In this document: positions 20,881 through 29,792 of the stretch, piece after piece | Layout of the letters: each line of letters begins with the position of its first letter | Position numbering within the stretch: position 1 is the first letter of the stretch | DNA from: Myxococcota bacterium | Lineage (GTDB): Bacteria > Myxococcota_A > UBA796 > UBA2385 | Direction: 5' to 3' | Assembly (NCBI GenBank): GCA_044344255.1 | Contig: JBIJDH010000003.1 | Location: 1 to 64,000, forward strand | DNA: 64,000 nt | Position numbers and translations under genes: made by a program | The notes under the pieces: model-generated | The model's database searches: none | What the model saw: only the letters and a program-made list of their open reading frames with translations | What the model was told of the DNA's origin: nothing

Positions 20881-21264
20881 TCAGTGGCGGATGATCTGGG
20901 CCTCGATGTCCTTGAGGAGCTGGGCGGCGGGCCCGGTCCGTTGGGAGCAGATGGCCTTCTTGTAGGCCTTCCACAGCTCGCTCAGCATGGGGTCGTCCAC
21001 GAGCTTGTGCTCGTCGGGGTCGAGATCGGCGGTGGGGAGGGTCACGCCCGAGAGGGATCGGCGACCGTGCAGGGTGCGCATGGAGCGCACGAAACACTCC
21101 TCCGCGGAGCTCTCCCCCCGGCGGCGGAGCTCACAGAAGGCCCGCCACAGCACGCTCTCGGGGAGGACGCCGTCGTGTTCGGTGAAGAGGTCGGGTTGGG
21201 TGCGGAGGAGGCGGATCAGGTGACGAGAGGGAGTGGAGGAGTCGACCACGTTCTCGGACAGCAT
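20881..21264 (-). CDS. Hypothetical helical protein with an internal two-fold repeat
   Basis: Clean ORF with typical codon bias; SVLWRAF.. and SELWKAY.. repeats. Confidence 0.7.
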   Translation of the reverse strand: MLSENVVDSSTPSRHLIRLLRTQPDLFTEHDGVLPESVLWRAFCELRRRGESSAEECFVRSMRTLHGRRSLSGVTLPTADLDPDEHKLVDDPMLSELWKAYKKAICSQRTGPAAQLLKDIEAQIIRH

Positions 21265-21429
21265 TCAGGCTCCACGTTGGCTCGGCGGTGGCCGCAAAGC
21301 GGCGACCTCTGCTGCGACGGCGACGACGACGACGACAGCGGCACGAGCGGGGACTTCAGCACAAGGACCTCAAGGCGGGCACGCTGAGGCGGTCGGGGAG
21401 GGTACCACAGGCGGAGCGCCGGTTCGACC

Positions 21430-21957
21430 TTATCGCTCGAGCGCGGAGGTCGGGTCGCGGAGGACCGAGGCCTGGTCGCCCTCGTCGAGGAGCCGTCGGA
21501 CAGCTCGCCGCAGCCATCGCCGGGCGGCCGCGCGGCCCAGCGAGGGGAGGACCAGGCCGAGCGACAAGGAGAGCAGCCCGGGCCAGGCGGTGAGGAGGAG
21601 GGCGCGGAGCCCCTCGGGCCCCTCGAGCGAGGCGGCTTGGGAGGCCACGTGGGTCAGGCCGAGCCCGCCGAGGGAGATCGGGATCAACCGTCGGAGGAGG
21701 CCCGTGAGCGCCCCGATGCGCCGCAGGTCGCGGAGCCGCTCCTCCATCGCCGCCGCGAGGTCGCGGGCGAGCGCGGCACGGCCGACGCCCTCCGCCCGCA
21801 GCCGGAGGACGACGTCGCCGGAGAGGTGGACCACCGCGACCGCGTCGGGCTCCCCGGTCCGCCCCGGCACGGTCACGGTGTATGCGCCGGTCGCGATCAG
21901 CTCGGGGAGCGCCGCCTGGAGGTCGCGGAGGCGCTGGCGCGGGCCGCCGGGCATCAT
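21430..21957 (-). CDS. Hypothetical membrane protein (two C-terminal TM helices), third gene of a paralogous trio
   Basis: ATG at 21957 overlaps the upstream TGA; AVVHLSGDVVLRL motif followed by hydrophobic segments. Confidence 0.7.
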   Translation of the reverse strand: MMPGGPRQRLRDLQAALPELIATGAYTVTVPGRTGEPDAVAVVHLSGDVVLRLRAEGVGRAALARDLAAAMEERLRDLRRIGALTGLLRRLIPISLGGLGLTHVASQAASLEGPEGLRALLLTAWPGLLSLSLGLVLPSLGRAAARRWLRRAVRRLLDEGDQASVLRDPTSALER

Positions 21958-22727
21958 GGGCGCTTGGTGAAGAAGGCAGCCATACCGCTGAAGACGTCCT
22001 TCACCAGCAGCACGAGGTGGTGCCACTGCGCGATCGAGACGTCGGTGGCCCCGCGGTGGATCGCGATGAGCGAGGCGCCCTGCGGGTGGCACAGCAGGGC
22101 CGAGGCGACGCGCTGCACGACGTCGCCGTTCAGCGAGATCACCGTCTGGGCCACGATCTCCTCGGTGCCAACCTCCCAGATCTTGCGCAGCGTCGCGCGC
22201 TCGGTGGGGCTGAGCTCGATCCTGCGGCCGTCCTGGATGATCCGAGCGCGGGTCCAGTCACCCTGGTGGATCGCCGGGTGATCGAGGGAGATCTTCCCCA
22301 GCAGCATCTTGAGGATGTCGCAATTGTCTTTGATGCGGCTGAGCAGGATCTGCCGCTTATGGTCGGAGGGATCGGCGGCGAGCGCTCGTTTCGCCCTCCC
22401 GCGCAGGACCTGGAAGGTGCCGACCTCGCCGACATCTTCGGGGCCCTTGGGGTTGACCGTGAGGGCGCAGGCCTCGCCTCGGTCCTTGGCTCCGTTGAGC
22501 GCCCCGTCGCGATCGCCGATGGCCCGATCGTACTCCTGGGCGATGTCCAGCAAGGCGTGGAGCGGGGAGGGCATCCGGCAGGTCGTCATGTTGTCTTTGA
22601 CGACGGTGTTGATCTCGAGGCAGAGCAGGTCTTCGACGACGCCGCGGAGCTGCTCGTGGAAGATGTGGCCAGGATCTGCGCTCGGCCTGGGGGGGGCCCC
22701 CCCGTCCGTCGGGTCGGCGCCGCTCAT
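21954..22727 (-). CDS. Hypothetical protein, second gene of a paralogous trio
   Basis: ATG overlaps the upstream TGA; EDLLCLEINTVV and QTVISLNGDVVQRV...IH motifs. Confidence 0.8.
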   Translation of the reverse strand: MSGADPTDGGAPPRPSADPGHIFHEQLRGVVEDLLCLEINTVVKDNMTTCRMPSPLHALLDIAQEYDRAIGDRDGALNGAKDRGEACALTVNPKGPEDVGEVGTFQVLRGRAKRALAADPSDHKRQILLSRIKDNCDILKMLLGKISLDHPAIHQGDWTRARIIQDGRRIELSPTERATLRKIWEVGTEEIVAQTVISLNGDVVQRVASALLCHPQGASLIAIHRGATDVSIAQWHHLVLLVKDVFSGMAAFFTKRP

Positions 22728-23077
22728 TTTGTCGGCGTGATGGCCCCGGCGGGGGCTGCGGGCGCCGCGCCGGGGGCGTCCTGAAGCTGCTCTTGGATGA
22801 AGCGCGCCATCGCTTGGAGGGTGGCGAGGTTCTTGTCGATGATGCCGAGCGCCTTCGTCACCTGGACGTCATGGTCTGCGCGCAGGGCGTCGTACTTGGG
22901 GTCGAGCAGGGCGTGGTTGATCTCGCGGGTGATGTCGCCCTGGACGAGGTCGACGGTCGTGGCGAAGGTGAGGTCACCCTCGGGCGCGGCGGTGACGGTG
23001 GTGGACACATTGACGGTGACGAGGTTCTCGAGCGCCTGCTCGACCTTCTCTTGCAGCCTGTGAACGTTCAGCGCCAT
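22724..23077 (-). CDS. Hypothetical small protein, first gene of a paralogous trio
   Basis: GAGGAG RBS before ATG 23077; ENLVTVNVSTTV and TTVDLVQGDITREI...DH..QV motifs. Confidence 0.8.
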   Translation of the reverse strand: MALNVHRLQEKVEQALENLVTVNVSTTVTAAPEGDLTFATTVDLVQGDITREINHALLDPKYDALRADHDVQVTKALGIIDKNLATLQAMARFIQEQLQDAPGAAPAAPAGAITPTK

Positions 23078-23182
23078 GGTGAGCTCCTCGGAGCCGGGGA
23101 TCAAACTACGGGGGGCGGCCGGAGGTCAAGGCCCGCGACCTGGCAGGTGCGGCCAGAGAGGGGCTGATGTTAGGGCGTTGTC

Positions 23183-24553
23183 ATGACACCCGCTCGCCCG
23201 ACTGTCTTCGCCGCGCTGTCCCTCGGTCTGGCCGCCCTCGCCGCTCCCCCGGCCCAAGCGGGGGCCCTGCTCCCGGCCAACACGAAGGTGGCCCGGCTCG
23301 ACAACGGCCTCACGGTCATCGTCCTGCCGGTCGACACCCCGGGCCTCGTGGCCGTCGAGACGTGGATGGACGTCGGCTCTGGCAACGAGGTCGAGCCGGG
23401 CATGACTGGCTTCGCGCACTTCTTCGAGCACCTCATGTTCCATGGCTCGCTGAAGCTGCCCGGCTCGGAGCGGGAGAAGCGCCTGCTTGAGCTTGGCGTC
23501 GATGAGAACGCCTGGACCAACGAGGACCATACCTGCTACCACCTCCTCGGCAGCTCCCAGAGCCTCCCTCAGGTGTTGGCGATCGAGGCGGATCGTTTCG
23601 CGGGGCTGTCGCTCACCGCCGAGGGCGTGCGGCGGGAGTCCGGGGCGGTCTACGGGGAGTACCGCAAGGGCCGCGCAGATCCGGAGGAGCGCCTCGTGGA
23701 AGAGCTGATGAGGACGGCCTTCACGGTCCATCCTTACCAGCACACGACCATCGGCATCGAGGCCGACATCGCCGCGATGCCCACCTCGCTCACCCGCGCC
23801 CAGCGCTTCTTCTCGATGTACTATCGGCCGGAGCTGACGACGATCGTGGTGGCCGGTGACGTCCAGCCCGAGGATGCCCTCGCCCTCGTCAAGGGTTCCC
23901 ACGGCGCCTGGGCCCCGCCGCCTGCGGTGGCCCCGGCCCCTGCGGTGCCCGCCGAGCCGCCTCAGACGGTGGAGCGGCGAGCGGTCGTCGAGTGGACCGA
24001 CGGGCCGGTCAACCCCTACGTCGCCGTGGGCTGGAAGGTGCCTGCCTTCCAGGCGGGTCACCTTGACTCCGCCGCGCTCGGGGTGGTCGACGCCCTGCTC
24101 ACCGCCGACGTCGCCCCTCTCCACCGGCGCCTCGTCGATCAAGAGGGCCTCGCCTGGTCCGTCCAGTCCTGGGGCACGAACAGCCGTTGGCCCGGGCTGT
24201 ACACCCTGATCATCGAGCTCCGCTCCGGGGCCGATCCGGCCCGCGTGGAGGCCATCCTCGCCGAGGAGCTTCATGCCCTCGCTGATCCGAGCTCCGACGC
24301 CTTGCGGGTGCGGGTGGAGGCGGCCCGGGCGCGCCTCCGCCGCTCCGAGCTGCTCTCGCTCGACTCGCCCCGCGCCTGGGCCAATCGGGTGGGCGCCTTC
24401 GCCGCCGGCGCCGGGGGCGACGTCACCGCTTACGAGCGGCACCTCGACGCCCTCGGCCGGGTCGGGGCGGCCGACGTCGCCCGTGTGGTGGCCGCCTCCC
24501 TGCAGCCGCGCGGCCGCACGCTCGTCAGCCTCCGTGCCGTGGAGGGCAAGTGA
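23183..24553 (+). CDS. M16B zinc peptidase, catalytic subunit (exported)
   Basis: LDNGLTVI, GFAHFFEHLMF (HxxEH), NAWT..DHT.Y, HPY...TIG. Confidence 0.92.
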   Translation: MTPARPTVFAALSLGLAALAAPPAQAGALLPANTKVARLDNGLTVIVLPVDTPGLVAVETWMDVGSGNEVEPGMTGFAHFFEHLMFHGSLKLPGSEREKRLLELGVDENAWTNEDHTCYHLLGSSQSLPQVLAIEADRFAGLSLTAEGVRRESGAVYGEYRKGRADPEERLVEELMRTAFTVHPYQHTTIGIEADIAAMPTSLTRAQRFFSMYYRPELTTIVVAGDVQPEDALALVKGSHGAWAPPPAVAPAPAVPAEPPQTVERRAVVEWTDGPVNPYVAVGWKVPAFQAGHLDSAALGVVDALLTADVAPLHRRLVDQEGLAWSVQSWGTNSRWPGLYTLIIELRSGADPARVEAILAEELHALADPSSDALRVRVEAARARLRRSELLSLDSPRAWANRVGAFAAGAGGDVTAYERHLDALGRVGAADVARVVAASLQPRGRTLVSLRAVEGK

Positions 24554-26124
24554 GCCTCTCCTTCCTCCGGCCCCTCCTGGCCGCCGCCCTCGTCTTCCCC
24601 TTCTTCTCCGGCTGTTGGTGGGCGCGTAACCCCGGTCCGGCGGCCTTCGACGCCGCGCAGGGCCCGGTGTCGCTCGTGAGCCAGCGGGCGGCGGGGCCGG
24701 CGACCTACCTCACGGTCGCGGTGCGGGCGGGCTCCGCCCACGATCCGGTCGGGAAGGAGGGCCTCGCCGCGCTGACCGCCCAGCTCCTCCGTCAGGGCGG
24801 GGCCGGCGCGCTCACCCCGGAGGGCGTCGATGAGCGGCTCTATGGCCTCGGCACCGACATCTCCGTCGTGGTCGACAAGGAGCTGGTCACCTTTCGCACC
24901 CGCGCCCTACACGAGGACCTCGGGCCCGTGGCCGAGCTCGTCGCCGACCTCCTGCTCCACCCTCGGCTCGATCCCGTCGCTTTTGGCCGCATCAAGGGGG
25001 AGGCCACAGACTGGCTCACCCGAGGCATCCTCGGCAGCGATGAGGCCCTCGGGGCCGAGCTCTTCGACACCTGGCTGTATGAAGGGCACCCCTACGGGCA
25101 CCCCGTCGAAGGGCGCGCGGGCGTGCTTCCGACGCTCACGCTCGACGACGTGCGCGCCTTCCTCGATGAGCGGTACCTCCGCGTCTCCACCACCCTCGGC
25201 GTGGCCGGCCCCTGTGTCGAGGTGGACGGCGCGCCCCTCCGCGCTGCGGAGCCGGGCGGCGCGGCGGCCATCGCCCTCCGTGACCAGCTCTCCACCCTGC
25301 CCGATCGGCTCTACCGCGACGTGACGCCGCGGGTGGTGCCCCCGCTCGAGGGGCGCAGCCTGATCGTGGTCGAGAAGCCCACCGCCAGCACGGGCGTCCA
25401 CTTCGGGCACCCGCTCGAGATCAACCGCGGTCACCCCGACTGGCCCGCCCTCCTGCTGGCCTTCACGGCCCTCGGTGAGCATCGGCAGGGCCATGGGCGC
25501 CTCTACCAGGGCCTCCGGGAGGCGCGTGGCCTCAACTATGGCGACTACGCCTACATCGAGCGCTACCGCCAGGCCGGGTGGTCGAGCATCCAGGAGACGG
25601 GCACCGGGCGGCTCCAGAACCCGTTTAGCGTCTGGATCCGGCCGGTTGCGGCTGGCAACGGGCCCTTCGCCATCAAGGGCGCGCTCACCCTGGTCCAGGC
25701 CTTCGTCGATCAGGGCCTCGGGGAGGAGGAGTACCTCCGCATCCAGAAGTACCTCTCCGCTCGGGTGGCGCTGTGGGCCGAGGAGCCGGAGCGTCGGCTC
25801 GGCTGGGCGGTCGAGGCGAGCGCCATGGGCTGGCCCGACCCCATCACCACCCTCCCGGCGGCGGTGGCGGCGCTCCAACGAGAGCAGGTCAACGCCGCGA
25901 TCCGCACCTGGATCCATCCCGAGGCGCTGCGCTTCGTCGTCGTCACCGGCGACGGCGCGGCCTTTCAAGCCGCCATGCTGGGGGCCGCGCCCACCCCTCC
26001 CGTCTCCGTGGCGGGGGCTCCCGCGCCCGAGGCCGTCATCGCCGCCGAGAACGCGCGGTGGTCTGAGCTACAGGTCGGGCTGCGTGAAGCGCGCGTGATC
26101 ACCACCGAGGACCTCTTCCGATGA
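24550..26124 (+). CDS. M16B peptidase, non-catalytic partner subunit (probable lipoprotein)
   Basis: AGSAHDPVGKEGLAALTA (no HxxEH), HPYGHP, RLYQGLREARGLNY (R/Y pair); GTGA overlap. Confidence 0.88.
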   Translation: MSLSFLRPLLAAALVFPFFSGCWWARNPGPAAFDAAQGPVSLVSQRAAGPATYLTVAVRAGSAHDPVGKEGLAALTAQLLRQGGAGALTPEGVDERLYGLGTDISVVVDKELVTFRTRALHEDLGPVAELVADLLLHPRLDPVAFGRIKGEATDWLTRGILGSDEALGAELFDTWLYEGHPYGHPVEGRAGVLPTLTLDDVRAFLDERYLRVSTTLGVAGPCVEVDGAPLRAAEPGGAAAIALRDQLSTLPDRLYRDVTPRVVPPLEGRSLIVVEKPTASTGVHFGHPLEINRGHPDWPALLLAFTALGEHRQGHGRLYQGLREARGLNYGDYAYIERYRQAGWSSIQETGTGRLQNPFSVWIRPVAAGNGPFAIKGALTLVQAFVDQGLGEEEYLRIQKYLSARVALWAEEPERRLGWAVEASAMGWPDPITTLPAAVAALQREQVNAAIRTWIHPEALRFVVVTGDGAAFQAAMLGAAPTPPVSVAGAPAPEAVIAAENARWSELQVGLREARVITTEDLFR

Positions 26125-26996
26125 ACCTCCCCCTCCGCGGCCCTCGGTGGCGCCGCTTCCTCTGCCTCGCCCCCCTGCTGGCGCTCCTGGCCCCGCTCTC
26201 GGGCTGCTCGGGGGGCTTGAGCGACATCCTCTCGGTGAACTTCGACCGCCTCGACGTCGACAGCATCGACTTCGAGCAGGCCGACACCCGCTTTGTGTTC
26301 CGCGTCGACAACCCGAACCCGATCGGGATCGAGCTCGCCCGCTTCAACTACACGCTCACCATGGGCGACATCGAGTGGGTGACCGGCGAGGACGCCGACG
26401 GCCTGGTGATCGAGGCGGCCTCGGGCAGCGAGGTGTCCCTGCCGGTGCAGGTGGCCTGGGCCAGCCTCTACGACCTCGTGCAGGCCAACCGGGGCGCCGA
26501 CTCTCTGCCCTTCACCCTCGAGGGCAGCTTCGGCTTCGACAGCCCGATCGGCGCCATCGACCTCCCGTACAGCGCAGGCGGCGTCTTCCCGGCCCTGCGC
26601 GCGCCGGCGGTGGGCTTCAAGGCGCTGCGCGTGGAGGACTATTCGATCGCGGGCGCCACCTTGGCCCTCGACCTCGATGTCGACAACGACCACGCCTCCA
26701 CGCTCGACTTCGTGAACTTCGACTACGCGATCGAGCTCGAAGGGAGCACCGTGGCGGAGGGCCTCGTCGCCGAGCTCGCCTCGGTGCCCGGCGCCAGCGC
26801 GGACACGGTCACCTTGCCCATCGAGCTCGACTTCCTCGAGGCGGGCATGGGCCTCTACGACGCCATCAGCGCGAGCCGGATCGACGTGGGGCTGAGGGCT
26901 CGAACCGACGTCCTCATCGACACCTTCGAGGGGCTGGAGCCGCTCGAGGTCCCGCTCGAGATCGATGAGGCGGGCCGGGTCGACATCGATCTTTGA
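26121..26996 (+). CDS. Lipoprotein with two LEA_2/WHy domains
   Basis: Lipobox LSGC; FRVDNPNPIGI...FNYTL and LDVDND....DYAIEL...VTLPIEL. Confidence 0.82.
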   Translation: MNLPLRGPRWRRFLCLAPLLALLAPLSGCSGGLSDILSVNFDRLDVDSIDFEQADTRFVFRVDNPNPIGIELARFNYTLTMGDIEWVTGEDADGLVIEAASGSEVSLPVQVAWASLYDLVQANRGADSLPFTLEGSFGFDSPIGAIDLPYSAGGVFPALRAPAVGFKALRVEDYSIAGATLALDLDVDNDHASTLDFVNFDYAIELEGSTVAEGLVAELASVPGASADTVTLPIELDFLEAGMGLYDAISASRIDVGLRARTDVLIDTFEGLEPLEVPLEIDEAGRVDIDL

Positions 26997-27067
26997 CGCG
27001 GGACGCGGGGGCGGGGCCGGTGTTACGGCGACAGGGGCAGCTCTGCGCCCCGTGAAGGAGAGGTGAG

Positions 27068-28303
27068 ATGGCGACCGGCGAAGACGCGCAGCGGTGGGAG
27101 ATCCTCGGCCAGGAGGACGTGGTCGGCCTCGATCGCCTCGGCCGCTCGTTGCTGCGGATGATCGGGCGGATGGAGCCCGCCTCGCTGGTCGCGGTGCACG
27201 GCGCCCCGGGCAGCGGCAAGGCGGAGTTCCTGCGTCGGCTCGCCTGGCTGGCCTCTGGTAAGAGCAAGAGCACCGAGCCCCTGCCGGGGATCTTTCCCGG
27301 CGTCGTCTGGTTTGACCCCTGGGCCTGGTCCAAGCAGGGGAACATCCTCTCAGGCTTGATCCACGCGGTGATCAAGTCGAGCGCGAACTCCGCCCAGCTC
27401 ATGGAGCGAGGGCGTGACCTCGTCTCCCGCGTGAGCCGCCTCCGCTTCGACGGCAAGCAGCCCGAGGGGGCCGGGATGGCCTTCGGCGGCACCGACTCCG
27501 ACCCCGTCGAGCAGCTCGCGGAGGGCTTCGCCGCCCTGGTGCAGGCCGCGAAGGGCGGGCGGTCGGGCCGGCTGCTTGTCTTTGTCGATGAGCTCGACTC
27601 CCTCGCCCCGCCGCTCCGTTGGCAGCTCTTCGACGGCCTCCGCTTGCTGATGCGGGCCCGCCCCGATCTCACCGCGGTGCTGAGCGTGGGGCGCGAGTCG
27701 GCCCTGTCGGCCATCCGCTTCCGGGAGGGCGATATCCCCGAGGCCAGCGCGGTGCGGGAGCTGGAGGAGATCATTGACCTCGCCATCACCGTGCCCTCCC
27801 TCGAGGTGCGGCGCATCGGCACGCTCCTCCGGGAGTACCTCGGCACCTCCGAGGTGGTGGTCCGGAAGAGCTTCGGCAACGAGTCGATCACGATGCTCAG
27901 CGCAGGGGTGGCCCACCGGCCGCTCGGCGCCCCCCGCTTCCTCAAGCGGCTATCTTGTCGGGTGGTCCTGCTCGCCGAGTTCGCCCTCGAGGTGCGGGCC
28001 GTCCGCGAGCTGAGCGAGGCCCAGTGGGCCTGGGTGATCGTGAGCGAGCGCTGGCCGGAGTTCCGTCGATTCATGATCCGCGGAGGTCGCGAGCGCTGGC
28101 TCGACCTCAAGCACGCCATGATCCGCCTCTCGGCCCGAAACGACGGCAAGGCCCCGCCGCCGGCCGGGGGCGCCACCATCCTCAAGTGGCTCGAGGGTGA
28201 CCTCATCCTCGCCGATTACCTCCGCCTGCACGCCGAGGGCTTCGAGAAGGACGCCGAGGGCATCTTCTGGTTGGAGAACCTGATGCTCACCGCCGGCCTG
28301 TGA
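27068..28303 (+). CDS. KAP family P-loop NTPase
   Basis: VAVHGAPGSGK, VVWFDPW, LLVFVDELD, LEEIIDLAITVP, PRFLKR. Confidence 0.8.
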   Translation: MATGEDAQRWEILGQEDVVGLDRLGRSLLRMIGRMEPASLVAVHGAPGSGKAEFLRRLAWLASGKSKSTEPLPGIFPGVVWFDPWAWSKQGNILSGLIHAVIKSSANSAQLMERGRDLVSRVSRLRFDGKQPEGAGMAFGGTDSDPVEQLAEGFAALVQAAKGGRSGRLLVFVDELDSLAPPLRWQLFDGLRLLMRARPDLTAVLSVGRESALSAIRFREGDIPEASAVRELEEIIDLAITVPSLEVRRIGTLLREYLGTSEVVVRKSFGNESITMLSAGVAHRPLGAPRFLKRLSCRVVLLAEFALEVRAVRELSEAQWAWVIVSERWPEFRRFMIRGGRERWLDLKHAMIRLSARNDGKAPPPAGGATILKWLEGDLILADYLRLHAEGFEKDAEGIFWLENLMLTAGL

Positions 28304-28472
28304 GCTCGGCGCACCTCGTCGCGCGGGTCCTGGTCGGGGCCGGTCGGAGGGTGGCCGCAGCGCTGCCTCCCCAGGTGCTTCAGCGCCTCGAAGATCGGCT
28401 CTTCTACGCGATCTTCCAGGTGAGCCGCGTGACGAACGACCACTACCCCAAGCGAGCCAAGCCAGAGGACCC

Positions 28473-29372
28473 TTGACCGTGCACTTCGCAGATCGGCTCG
28501 CCGCCGCTGTCCGCGCCACCGGCGCGCCCTTCGCGGTCGGCCTCGACCCTCACCTCGACCGCCTGCCCGCTGGCCTCCGCGCTGGGTTCGCGCATCGGCA
28601 GGGGGCCGACCGGCGCGCCGCCGCCGCAGACGCGGTGCTCGCCTTCAACGCGCTGGCCATTGACGCCCTCCGCGGTCGGGTCGCCGCCATCAAGCCCCAG
28701 TTCGCCTTCTATGAGGCCCTGGGTCACGCCGGCTTCCGGGCCCTCGAGGAGACCAACGCCCTCTGCCGAGCCGCAGGCCTGCTCGTCATCGGGGACGGGA
28801 AGCGCGGTGACATCGACAGCACGGCGCGGGCCTACGCCGAGGCCGCGCTCAGCCCGGACGGGCCCCTCGCCTGCGACGCGCTCACGGTGAACCCCTGGAT
28901 GGGGACCGACACCCTCGAGCCCTTCCTCGAGCCCTGTCGCAGCGCGGGCCGCGGCCTCTTCGTGCTCGTGCGCACCACCAACCCGGGGAGCGCCGAGCTT
29001 CAGGGCGCGGGCGAGCCCCCGATGGCCCTTCGCCTCGCCCAGCGCCTCGGGGCCCTCGGTGAGGCCCTGCGCGGCCCAGAGAGCGGCCTCTCGTCGCTGG
29101 GGGCGGTGGTCGGCACGACCGCCGTGGCCGAGGCCGCCGCCCTCCGCGCCGCCATGCCGCACGCCTGGTTCCTCGTCCCGGGGCTCGGCGCCCAGGGGGG
29201 CACCGCAGCCCAGGCCCTCTCGGGCGCGCGGCCGGACGGCCTCGGGGTGCTGGCGGTGGCCTCACGCGCCGTGCTCTTCCCGCCCGTGCCGAGCGTCGCC
29301 TACGACGCCGACCCTGGCGCCTGGATCGCCGCCGCCGCCGAGTCGCTCCGCTCCCAGCTTCGTGCCGGCTGA
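28473..29372 (+). CDS. pyrF: Orotidine-5'-phosphate decarboxylase
   Basis: VGLDP, KPQFAFYE, DGKRGDIDST, TVNPWMG, VRTTNPG, LVPGLGAQGG. Confidence 0.95.
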   Translation: MTVHFADRLAAAVRATGAPFAVGLDPHLDRLPAGLRAGFAHRQGADRRAAAADAVLAFNALAIDALRGRVAAIKPQFAFYEALGHAGFRALEETNALCRAAGLLVIGDGKRGDIDSTARAYAEAALSPDGPLACDALTVNPWMGTDTLEPFLEPCRSAGRGLFVLVRTTNPGSAELQGAGEPPMALRLAQRLGALGEALRGPESGLSSLGAVVGTTAVAEAAALRAAMPHAWFLVPGLGAQGGTAAQALSGARPDGLGVLAVASRAVLFPPVPSVAYDADPGAWIAAAAESLRSQLRAG

Positions 29373-29415
29373 GCCGGGCGACGTCGCGGCCACACTCACC
29401 GCCAAGGGAGCCCCG

Positions 29416-29748
29416 ATGGACACCTACTACAACCCCGCAGACCTCGCCAAGTTCGGCAGCATCGGAGAGGGCTCTCCGGAGCTCGCCAAGAAGTTCTTCG
29501 ACTGGTACGGCGCCGTCTTCGCGGAGGGCGCGCTCACGGCGCGGGAGAAGTCGCTCATCGCGCTCGCGGTGGCCCACGCCGTCCAGTGCCCCTACTGCAT
29601 CGACGCCTACTCCAGCGACTGTCAGCAGAAGGGAGCTGACCTCGACCAGATGACGGAGGCCCTGCATGTCGCCGCGGCGATCCGCGGGGGCGCCTCCCTC
29701 GTACACGGGGTCCAGATGCTGAACCACGTCCACAAGAGCGGCATGTAA
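29416..29748 (+). CDS. AhpD/CMD-like peroxidase-related protein associated with ArsS-type radical SAM
   Basis: MDTYYNPADLAKF, EGALTAREKSLIALAVAHAVQCPYCIDAY, GASLVHGVQM; AGGGAG RBS. Confidence 0.9.
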   Translation: MDTYYNPADLAKFGSIGEGSPELAKKFFDWYGAVFAEGALTAREKSLIALAVAHAVQCPYCIDAYSSDCQQKGADLDQMTEALHVAAAIRGGASLVHGVQMLNHVHKSGM

Positions 29749-29792
29749 GCTGCGCCCCCTGGCGGGCTCACGGTGAACCTCAGGAGCGAGAG

